DNA of 64,000 nt from Lepidodermella squamata (taxonomy: Eukaryota > Animalia > Gastrotricha), in NCBI GenBank assembly GCA_047495785.1, contig JBLDXI010000007.1, positions 62,001-126,000 on the forward strand, written 5' to 3'. The position numbers and the translations under genes are program-made. A model generated the notes under the pieces. That model had not been told where the DNA came from and ran no database searches. It worked only from the letters and a program-made list of their open reading frames with translations. This document shows positions 1 through 10,751 of this stretch, piece by piece. How positions within the stretch are numbered: the first letter of the stretch is position 1; the number at the start of each line of letters is the position of its first letter.

Positions 1-2849
1 ATTATAATTGTTATTGTTATTGTTGTTGTTGTTGCTATCACAGTCTCAATTTCACGGTCTCGTGCTTTTGCTGCGTTTGCTATAGTAGGTATCGTTCTTT
101 CGCACTTGTCCACTGTGTTTTAGCAGTGGGGTACGGAAGGAGGCTGAAACACGAAACTAACGTAGCCAACCTGGCTCATTTGTATACACATTCCTTTGTT
201 GCCGGCGAGACGTGTCCCTCGCAAGATGTTGTTGACGTGCGAAGGTTTTTTCGTCGTAGTTGCCGATTCCGTGGATACAAGAATTATCTTGGTATCATAG
301 CACATTGGAGATGCGGTATAGCTAATTGCGTGAATAGTCTTGTGCAGCGCCTGGCAAATATTAATATAGCATGTTGCCACGTAACACGTTCGGCGATTAT
401 TCGCACACAAACACTGTACATGCATTTGGATCAACACTTTCCGCTTCTTTGTTCTACATGACGACGAAGAAATGTTTACTCTGGCCGCTCTGTTGGCTCC
501 GCGAGCCCCCTCCTCATCTCTCTCGCTCTCTCTCTGGTCTCTTCGCTCGCGTATTTGCTCAAGGGGTGCAGTCATCTCGGCTATTACCGTGCCTAGAGCT
601 CGCGAAACCTCCTTGACATACGCGCGGATATGAGTGTGGCTCGCCGGGGGACGGCGCGACACTGTCAAATGCATAATTCATAGTGCTCGCGACCCCACCA
701 GGCGCTTATCCTGTGCTATTCTTTCGCTTCGCACTTGCTGAATGAATACTAGGTAGTTGCAAAGTGTGTAAACTAATTAGAACTTCGATCAAGGTGTAGT
801 AGTAGCGAGGACACATGATGTATCGTCTTCCATCGAATTTTATAGCGGGTCATGTGTAATTTGTAGTAATCGTCTCCGGAAAGATGATTACGATGGCCAC
901 ACAAGATAATGCCCGCACGTGAGCTGGCATCTTGGAAGTACTCGCCGCAATTAACCTCGCCATATTGCCCTCTGTTTTGCATTTTCAGCAGCGCTCGTTA
1001 AGTTCAGGTTTACTGCTCGATTGAGAAGTATACAGTATAGTGGGTTCCGCAGCAGCGCCGCTACATCTCTCGGCGCGAGTCCGTAATTGCGCGCGGCCGC
1101 TATGCGTAAAGGAATCCCCCATCAATCAAGCAGCTTAGGGCTGAGTTCCCACACGCACTCACGCACGATCTGCCTGCTAAATTTCGGGCGATTGCTTTTA
1201 GCATCTTGTTGATACTTGTATTTCTAGAGGCTGCACTTTTATATTACCATTATTATCATTACTATTAATATTTCTTTTATTGTTCTTCGCGTGCGATGCT
1301 CAACAATCGCCTCGCTGCTACTACTGCTGATGCTCCTCCGTTCATTATTTCTTAATAATAAATAAATGCAATACAAATATGAATCTATTTGAAGATGCCT
1401 CGGCTTGTTTTGGTCCTAATCCGCCTTAATAATTTTTGCGCGCCGAATTTTTTATATTTATTGTTATTTACAGCTCGAAGTCCCTTCCCTAATTTTTATT
1501 ATTGCCGCGTTGCGGAGCTGTTTTATGATTACAGCTTATGGCACAGTGTTAGCCCCAACTTTACGCTCGCCAAATAGAGAGCTGCGAGTAAGTATTTGCC
1601 AAAAATATGGCGGTGTGCTTAATTGACAACTGTGGCATGCGCGGCAGATGGCGACGGGAAGATAGCTGCTCCACGACTCGATGTATCTTCTATCTCCTGC
1701 TCACTCTCACTGTTTTATGATAATGGCGTTGGCTTCAAGTAGCAGTAATAAAAATTTGCTCATTTAACTGAGCGTGCGTGCTAAATGCGACAAAAGATGA
1801 GCGCGCGCGCGTTACTGTAAAAAAGCTACCTTAATTGCTGAAAATGCGAGCTGGCGCGAGTATTTACCCTTTAATCTGCGCGAGCGAGCGCGCGCAAAAC
1901 AAAACAAATTATTATTCCAATATAATAGACTCGAGATTATGGTGTTAATTTTATGGCCAATGGTTGTTTTTCACTGCGCGCGCGCGCCGCATTATCTAAC
2001 ATCATCATCATCACCGCGCTATTGAACGCCCCGTGTTATTTGACGCGTTGTTCTGCCCAAGACTGCTGCTTCGACAACTTGTCAACTGTAAACAAACGTG
2101 TCTCTTCGGCAAGTTTGCCCCAGTGGCGTCGCTTTTCTTCTACCTACTTACTCTACTCGGATTTGGCGCAGCGTTTTGCAATAATACCCTCACGCGGGCT
2201 CTTGGCTCAGAGCACGGCCGCCATAATAATAAAGTCCATGATAGGCCGCTGGCCATGGTCCATGGGCGGTCTATACGACGACGAGCCCAAGCAGCACAGG
2301 TATGGTGATGTACGTTTGTTTTCTGTCTGTCTGCGTCATGCCAGCCACTACAAATGGCAGCTAGAGCAGCAGTGCCACTTGCGAGTCTATTTATCTCGCA
2401 TCACTCCAGACAATGTAAAATATGCGCCTTGGAATACATTAACCGCCCATAAAACACGCTATTACACAGTCACAGATACCTCGTGGTTGTAGTAGTATTT
2501 TTCGACGGCGTCTTCCGTCACCCTCTCCCCCAGCTTGTCAAAAGACATGCTGTTTTGTTGGCCGGCCCGAAAAAATGTGTGTGTATGTGTGCATTTGAAA
2601 TGGGCGGCGAAAATACGTATACGTCGGGGTAACGAAGCTTTTTCATTAATACCGGCCGCATGTTATTTGCGCAGCGCCGCGCGCTGTTTACCCCCAAACA
2701 ACTCGACCCATTTTTCCCGTAGCCAGAAATGACGTTAATTGACTAGAATTATCATATAATGATATTATGATATATTTCTTACAATTACCACTCTAGAATT
2801 TTAATATCGTTGTCATTAGCGAGGAGAAGTGCGTTACTAGCTACACTGG

Positions 2850-5707
2850 ATGTATGACGACAACCCGCAGTTCGGCACTCTCTATGCCACCAAAACAACA
2901 TCCACCCTAATACATAGCCAAACCGGCGGCACATTAGGCCTTCTTCCCAGCCACCTTAACGGTCTGTCGCTCTCGCCGCCCTGCCTTCCTCGTCATCACA
3001 TTACTGCAAAAACGCTGCCTGTTGCTATTAATAATGGGCACAACCACCAGCAGCAGCATCATCTGCTGAGCGAACTAGCTGAAAAGCAGCAGCAACAGCA
3101 ACAACACAGCAGTCTCATCTCGCCGACTGCTTACACCTCGAACTCTCAGGACAAGTATCGATTCTTCTCGACAACTACCATGAACGACCCGGCTATGCCA
3201 ATGATCGATCAAAAGTCCGGCTCAACATCGTCTTCCAGCGGCCAATCTTCGCCAAACGGCTACGTTACGCCCAGTAACAACGCCACATTACGCCTTAACC
3301 AGCCTCTGCCACCGGTTACGAGTCCGGACCTTAATTTACTGAAACGGATCTCGCCGGAGAAGCTGAAATTTATGCTAGCGCCGTCAGAGTTATACGCGCC
3401 CGACCGGCCGTTTCTCTTTGGCGCCCTTATTTGCTTACGTTTATTCGAAAAACCGGCTCAAATTTTTGACGACGTTTGCGCCGAGTGCTTCCGCCGTCAG
3501 ATCGCCATCGAAGCGAGCACATCGCCTCGAAAAGCCGATTTGCTGCATGCATTTTCCTCGCACGTCGTCCTGCTGCTAAGCGACTGGACCGATCTATTGC
3601 CGGCGGATTTCAGCGACGATGCCGCTATGGGTCGGCTTCGCGTTATCCTCGAGCGAATCTGCTTGCCGAACCCGAGTCTCAAGCGCAACGTGTTATTGCT
3701 GGTGAAAAACTTGACGATTAAGCTGGAGAGGACGCGGCGGTTGACGGAACAGCTGAGTCGGCTCGAGGCCGAACGGGTTCGTCGTCTCGTTGCCGGGGCA
3801 ACAGCGCCACAGGCCGCGTCAGCCTCGGATATTTTCTCGGCTTGCCCTGATCCGAACGCAGTCGCGCGGCAGTTGACGCGGGTTGAGCTGGATTGGTTGC
3901 AACGCATCGAACCTTCAGACGTGATCGATTCATTCCTTCTTTCACAATCCTCGAAACAACGCTCCGGCGGTTCAGTATCATCCATGTCATCGAATGGACA
4001 AAGCTCCTCGGCATCAACTCGTAATTTTTTTCACGAAATATTCCAGGAATTATAACACGAATTTTTCATTCCAGTGAAAAGTTGTTCTGCCCTCAAAGCT
4101 TATGTCGACTGGTTTAATCGGCTCAGTTATCTCGTCGCCTCGGAAATATGCCTGGTAAGTAATTGAACCCAGCTTAAATCCGCTTTTAGAAGAACACCCT
4201 GGAATTTATACTCGGTAGTTGTCCACCTTAAAACGCGCATTTTTGACAAGTGCACGACGTTTTTTTGTTATTTACAACGTAGTTGAAATCATCTTCTTGA
4301 TGTGCCTCGTGATATTATCACAACTTTAGTTTTTACTTCGGCAATCATGTTTAATTTTAATTGTAAATGCTGTGCTGTCCACAATATTTTTAGGGTCGAA
4401 ACGGACGGGTAAGCATTTGACGATTTCCGATTCAGTTTTACCGAGAGAATAGAACCTCTAGTTGACTTCGTGCTTGTGTTTATCATCGACCGTGTTTTTT
4501 GTGCCCCTCATCATTCAAACCTCATCATGTTTTTAAACTGACAAACAATTTTTTCGAACCAAAATTCGCTTGATGAAGCTTGATTTTGCGACAATTAATA
4601 ACATAGCGGGAATTCAAAGACATGATATATTTTTTAACTACACCGCGATGTAGTTTTTACCACCCACCGTTTTTCTTAGCGAGTGTTTTTATTGCACGCA
4701 GAATTAATATTTTCAGTTGTTCCGCATGAATGACCCTTCTTTTGTCGTTTCGAGTGTCATATTATTATTGAATTGCATGCGAGATTTCATACTATTCGAT
4801 TAGCAGACCCAGATTCCAAGGCGTCCCAAGTTTTACGTGTCGTACCCTCCATTTCTCTATAGTGAAATTCTGCTGCTGCTTCTGGTAAACAACATCCTCG
4901 TAGTCCCTGGGACCGCGTCCTCATTTTATTTCCGATAGAAAATTTTTATTAAATAATATCGCCGAGCGAAAATGTAATTACGTTGTTGTTATTTTGCAGC
5001 ATCTGAAAAAGAAAAACCGCGCCCGGATTATCGATTACTTCATCGATGTGGCACGCGAGTGCCTCAACCTCGGTAACTTCAACTCGCCGATGGCCATTAT
5101 CGGCGGCCTTAATTTGCCGCAAATTCAACGCCTAAAGCGAACGTGGGCTCTTGTCGACCGTGAGAAATTCTCCGTTCTCGAGACACTGACCGGTCCTGAG
5201 AATAATTTCGCCTCGTATCGATCGACGCTCAAGGCTGCTCAATGGCGGTCGTCGCGGGGCCAGGGCCGTGTCGTAATCCCGTTTTTCAGCCTATTCATCC
5301 GTGATTTGATCTACTTCTGGGAACGGTGCTCTGAGTCGCTTAGCGGCGAATCGTCTCCCACTTCGGCGTGTTCGGTCGCCAGTTCTCAGCAGCCGAGTGG
5401 GAACAGCAGCCAAAATAATTCACCCGCATTGAGAACCCCGACCGAGCCGTCGAATTCAAATTTAAAACCTAGGCCGAGTTTTGTTGATTTCGACCGATTT
5501 CTGCCGCTTGTTAAACACGTTGAACAGCTGCACGGTTGGAAGGGCGTTGACTGCCCGTTTGCCGCGAATGATTCGGTCGCTAGTTACCTACTTGCGACAC
5601 CCGTGTTGACAGACGACAGCTTATTCCTGGCATCTTATGCCTGCGAGTCGCCTGATTCTCAGCACGAAAAGGAGAGATGTAAAAGCCTCAAGTCGCAAAT
5701 TTCGTGA
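2850..5707 (+). CDS. RASGEF1: Ras-GEF domain protein, RasGEF1 family (REM + CDC25 domain); 3 exons ~2850-4020, 4075-4154, 5000-5707
   Basis: Spliced frame gives ARQLTRVELDWL...AYVDWFNRLSYLVASEICLHLKKKNRARIIDYFIDVARECLNLGNFNS..., VVIPFFSLFIRDLIYF and C-terminal LFLASYACESPD, typical of RasGEF1A/B/C. The start may be at 2850 or a downstream Met. Confidence 0.88.
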
Positions 5708-7488
5708 AAAATATCTCCAATATCTCGCCTATTTTGTTTACTCTGACTTGAAATTTTATGATTGTTACTATATGTTATATATATATAGTCTATCTGCAGC
5801 ATAATATTATATAGTAGAGCTCGAGTTTTCAATACAAATATTTTCTCATAATTTGACATTGAGAACAAAAATTTACAACGAATTGATTATAAATATCTTT
5901 GTTTTTTTTTCGATTTTCTTTTGATTTTGATACAACTATGACACGCGTCTTCCGTTGCTGGCCAAAAATTGCGACAAAAGCTTCTTTTTAACCGGCGGGC
6001 TTGTCAAATGATTTGCGCGCGCTCGCTTCCATGATGATGATGATGATATCACGTCATATTGTTAAGTTTGATCTTTTTGCGTTTTTTTCATGAAAATTTT
6101 ATTTGCGTATGTTGACAACTTTTGTGTTGACACTGCTCAATCCTTTCGAGTCGTACTTTGAGCGTACTTTGTTTTCTTGGTCTCTACGCAAGAAAGCGAT
6201 GACCTCACTTCCTGCATCTCTCTCTCTCTGTCTCACTTCAATGCTGTTTACTTAATCAACTGCCAATTTTGATTTCAAATAATTAATTATAACAATATCA
6301 CTGAAATTAGATCGATATTGATGTTGATGAAAAAGACTTATGATTGCTTATAGAAAATGCTACTGATTTTTGAAAAAAAAACCACGGGAACGTGCAGTTG
6401 TCACCGATTTGGATGATCGATGGAAGGAATGAAACAATAAAAATGTGTTGTTACTTGGTAATTTGTTGTTCGAAAACACTCGGGGTTCCAGGGTATTGAT
6501 TTGAGATGCACGCTAGAAAAAATTGCGCAACTGAATTATTTGGTTATTTTTATGAAAAGAACATAAAAACCAGTATCCGCTATTGCGTAAAAGCCTCAAA
6601 GCGTGCATCAAATTCGTTCAAATATCGAGGAATTCCATGGTCGCCATGGTCGGGCATCGAAGTTTCAGAGATTTTGCTCTCCGTTTAAGGATTCATAGAA
6701 CGAGCGAGGAAAAGAAACGCCTCATGCCGTTTGTTCCAGGGTGAGTTTTTCCAAAGCATTCAATGTGTTTTCCGATTCTTTTCCAATTTTTAATTTCAAT
6801 GAAAATAAAATGTACGGAATTGGTGCTGTTTCAAGTCGTGCCGATAATTGCACACAATCCAGAGCTTCAAAAAGCACCCGCTGAATGCCCGTTTTTATCT
6901 TTATGCCGTGCGGTATAGCGGTAATAGCTGTGAACTTTCAACAGTAGGTTGAAATTGGGCTTTCGCAGAATTTGGAAACTTGGATCAATCAATAGACAAA
7001 TTTGCTTGATCGCAAATGACTTGAGTAATCCATGGTGGCTTGACAGTGGAGCCACAAGTCCTAATGACCAATCTGGTTCTCGGGAAAGCGTATATCTTTC
7101 ATCCTAATATTGTTGTCACCTGCTATTTTGAACATTGAACATGGTAACAAAAATGGTGAGGGTAAGACGACGTAATCGTAATCGTTTTCAAAGCTTTTTA
7201 TTCAAGAACCAACCGATGGCACAATGTTATTTTCGTTCATCATACTAGAATAGGATTAGAAAGTAGTAGAATAGAAACGTCTATAGTAAATAAGAAATGA
7301 TTTATCATCGATTTTCGTACCGAGACAAAATTTACACGTGGCAGTGGCTTAAATATAAGATCAATCAAGAGTATCATCCTACATTTTTCAAGTATTACTT
7401 TAAAGAGAGTAAATAATTATAATATCGCTAATTACAATGATTATGCTTTATTTATCGCGAGAGAGGAACCGTACAGTTTTCAAATTGT

Positions 7489-8632
7489 CTATATCTGCCC
7501 ACCAGCGTTCGAAAATTGGGCGATACCACCGATTTGGGGCGAGGTCTGGGGAACCATCGCGGGTTGGTACATGGCCGAGCAGAGGCGAGTGCTGCAGCAT
7601 CGGATCTGAGAAAAAACGATATAGGTACTCATCTTTCACGATTAAAAGCATTTCATACCGTCGAGAGAGCGTTGGGGTCGACCCAGTAACGAGTGCCGGA
7701 GCAGAAGACAAGGAGGCCTTGAGCGGCTGGCACCTGAGACTGAACTTCAGGGGTGCGCTGAGGAACGATGCCCTGGGTAGTGCAGTTTTCGGTGTTGTAG
7801 TTGTACAGATCCTGGCCGCAGCAGCCCCAGGTGAGGGTGGCACCCGACGCCAGAACGTAGCGGTAGTTGCCGCAAACGGCGTAGACTGAGCCGTAGGGGA
7901 GAGATGGTTGAGAAGGTTGCGGCAGAGATTGAATCTGGTAAAGGAAATCAGTCGTAAAATACTGCATTTTCTTCACGCTTCTAGATAATTTACCTGGCCA
8001 TCCATGCACTGCTGGATCGAGGGGTCGTAGACGTCGAAGTTGCAGCACCGGTAGGTCTCGGCAGCGACGTACAGGTAACCACCGCAGTTGAGGCGAGCAA
8101 GGCGGGTGGTGGCTGATCCGATGGGGCCAGTTGCGGTCAGGGGGACAATCATGCCCTGGTCGCATTTCTGGTAGCGGCGATCGTAGGCACCATCACCACA
8201 GCACTCGAAGTTGTTGTACGGGTCAGCGTAGACGCCAGCGCCGCAGCAGTCGAATCCAGACGGGCACGCGCTCCAGTTAGCAGCCAGAGGGCCGTAAACG
8301 TTGGGCAGCGACGAGGTCGACAGCGGGATGTTCACAGCGGGCTGCTGGGGTTGCGCGGGTGGCTGGACAACAACCGGGGGCACGAAGTTGGTCTGACGAG
8401 GCGCTGGGTTATTGTTGGCAGCCGCTGGCTGATTTGTGTTCATGCCCGAGAGAAACCGGCTGATGAAGTCGGGAAGCTGTTGGCCCGAGGCATCCATCGG
8501 CATCCCTATTTACAGAAAAACTAAGACTGATATACAGCTGGAAATCGATTTCAACTAACCTGGGTTCTGGGGGCCCTGGTTCTGAGCGAAAGCTGCTCCG
8601 AACAACACGACAATAGTTGCCGAGAACAGCAT
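7489..8632 (-). CDS. Secreted galaxin-like di-cysteine repeat protein (4 coding exons)
   Basis: Signal peptide MLFSATIVVLFGAAFA, then a Q/P/N-rich segment, then about 4 repeats of the type CG..Y.....CC....YD....C (e.g. CCGDGAYDRRYQKC, CGGYLY..YRCCNFDVYDPSIQQC). The last exon reads IRCCSTRLC...GGQI*. Joined by GT-AG introns. Confidence 0.7.
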
Positions 8633-9807
8633 GATTATAGATGTTATAATATTGATTTCGCTAAAAGGTTAGAAATACGTTAAATATACGCTCACAAATT
8701 GTAAGTTGGGAAAAAAACACGACTGAGAGTATAGCAGGTAAAAAGTGCGACTGAAAGACGCGACCGAGCCTTTGCCGCTCGAGTGTTCTGTCCAACGGGT
8801 GACCAATCCAAAAAACTGAACTCAACTGTTCGGTTGGCCGGCTTTTATAGACGTCGAGAATAATACTGCCGGCGCGTGTTTCGTGTTTTTGCGGCGCTCA
8901 CGGTATCTTTATAGCCGTCGAAGTTGATGATACGGTGTGCAGTGATGTGTCGAATGAGCGCGACAACATTTGTCGAGGCGGCGACCGCCGGCCATTTGTG
9001 CAAATTCTTGTTTTTTCTGACCGCCAGTTTTATTGTTATACAGCCGGTGGTCATGCGCGTATCTGCGCGCGCAAAAACCGGGCCTTTTTTCACGCGCATC
9101 GCGATGATGTTATTACATAGGTGTTACATTTTACGTGAAGCCTAGATTAATGGCCGCGATATATTGACTAACAAGTGTTTAATTACTCGGGTGATGGATG
9201 ATGATACATATCTCTGTATTGCCAGCAGCCGGCGGCTCGTGCGTTTCGGCGAATGGCCGCTAGGTGTTTTTACAAGTTGCTGGCTTTTACACAATACCTA
9301 CTGCTGTAGCCGAAATCACACCTCCTCGACGACAAAAGCTCGCGAGCCGGCTCGAGACAGGCAAAACCACAGAGGGGAAAAAAAACGAATTTTTATGTAG
9401 CTGAAGCACGCGAGGTAATTTATTTTACTCCCACGAAGGCGGCTCGAGATTTTAGGCCGAATATCGCCAATATGCACGCATATCCAGGGTTTTATTCTTA
9501 TTTCTCATGCATGTCCTTTGCTACAAAAAAAACAGGTGCGAAATCTCAACAAAAATAACGCAACCTAAGCGGAACCGTGTCACAGCCTTCTTAGTGTGTA
9601 AAATGTTTGTGTCCATGGGAATTAAGTTGTCCGCATATTTGCTTTGTGTTCATTATTCTCGAAAAAATCTCACCAGAAAAAACTAGGCGACCCGCCGAAG
9701 GAGGACGAAATTAAACAATAGCAACATTAATAGCCACTGTACGAGTACACTTTGGACAATCCTTTGGTTATTGAAGGCTGAGAAGCTGAGCTTCGCGGAA
9801 AATTACA

Positions 9808-9832
9808 GTGGATCGAAGCAGCGCTCTGTTAA
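9808..9832 (+). pseudogene. Degenerate 3' half (T-arm/B-box and acceptor strand) of initiator tRNA-Met
   Basis: GTGGATCGAAGCAGCGCTCTGTTAA matches the intact tRNA-iMet 3' end plus 1 nt of flank (GTAGATCGAAACTACGCTCTGCTAA, ~55122-55146) at 20/25. It is followed by a T-run and lies at essentially the same distance from U1. Confidence 0.65.
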
Positions 9833-9869
9833 CAATTTTTTGCATTCCGTTTTTTTTTGACAGAAGTTG

Positions 9870-9947
9870 GTGAATATGCTAATGAAACATGCGTTATATC
9901 AGGTCATGACTTGAAAATGCGCATGGAAGAATAAAATCTATTCAACT
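9870..9947 (+). promoter_or_regulatory. Putative U1 snRNA promoter (octamer-like box at -72, PSE-like box at -39)
   Basis: GTGAATATGC(T/A)AAT.AAA, ACTTGA(A/G)AATGCG.AT and AAAATCTATTCAACT are conserved at identical offsets upstream of both U1 copies, while the intervening DNA differs. Confidence 0.65.
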
Positions 9948-10107
9948 AAACTTACCTGGCACTGGGATGAACCGAGATCATGAAGTCGGTCGCCCCAGGG
10001 CGAGGCGGGCCATTGCACTTCGGTCCGCTGACCCCTGCGCTCTGCCTCATCGGTGGAGTCGGGTGCAAAATATTTCACTTGGGTATCGGCGTTCGCGCCA
10101 CACCCGT
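9948..10107 (+). ncRNA. RNU1: U1 spliceosomal snRNA, copy 1
   Basis: 5' AAACTTACCTGG; SL1 loop GATCATGAAG (U1-70K site); CCCCAGGGCGAGG; SL2 loop ATTGCAC (U1A site); GCTGACCCCTGCG; terminal stem with GCGTTCGCGC; ~160 nt. Confidence 0.96.
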
Positions 10108-10751
10108 AATTCGAAAAATAAAACCCCACTTTTTAATCATTTGAAGGTGAATCCTCGCGCTACATCATGATTTCAATTACATATCAATTTGGTTTCGAGA
10201 CAATATACACGTTTTCAACTTGGCCGACTGGGCCGCTTTATATCAGAGCACATTATTTGTTTCCAAGTGGAATTTTTTCAGAGGCTTAATATATACGAGC
10301 TAATAATGGATCATGCCGGCCAATTACTGAGGAGCGTCACTTTGGCGCCATCTTTCTTATTGAAACAGGCGACAATTCCGGCACGAAGATAATCGATAAT
10401 GCTCACTTTCTCATCAGTCAGCGACCAGAGTTTATATTTTAAGTAGTATAGTAAAAAATCGGGTTTCCACCAGCCGACTTGTAGTAAAAACATCAGAATT
10501 ATCTGAAAATATGTCAACTTGTCTCGCATTACCGGCTTACAAATTGAATTTATTGACACAATTGGCAGTGTTTGTGCGAGTGGCAAGTTTCAAGAAAGTC
10601 GACGACACTGATCACTCAGAGGCGTACTACTACGCGCGGCATATCCGCTACGACGATGAAAGCAACCAGCCGATCGACGATATTTTCAGATCTTGTTGGT
10701 ACGACTTTGAGACCGTAATAAATGGTATTACCCTTCATATCCTCGCTAAAA

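Noticed and set aside
120-2732. Several 60-184 aa ORFs upstream of RasGEF
   Set aside because: No domain motifs or coding-like composition; the region looks regulatory, with microsatellites.
9938-10170. Short ORFs duplicated at ~55200-55490
   Set aside because: They are incidental translations of the two U1 snRNA genes.
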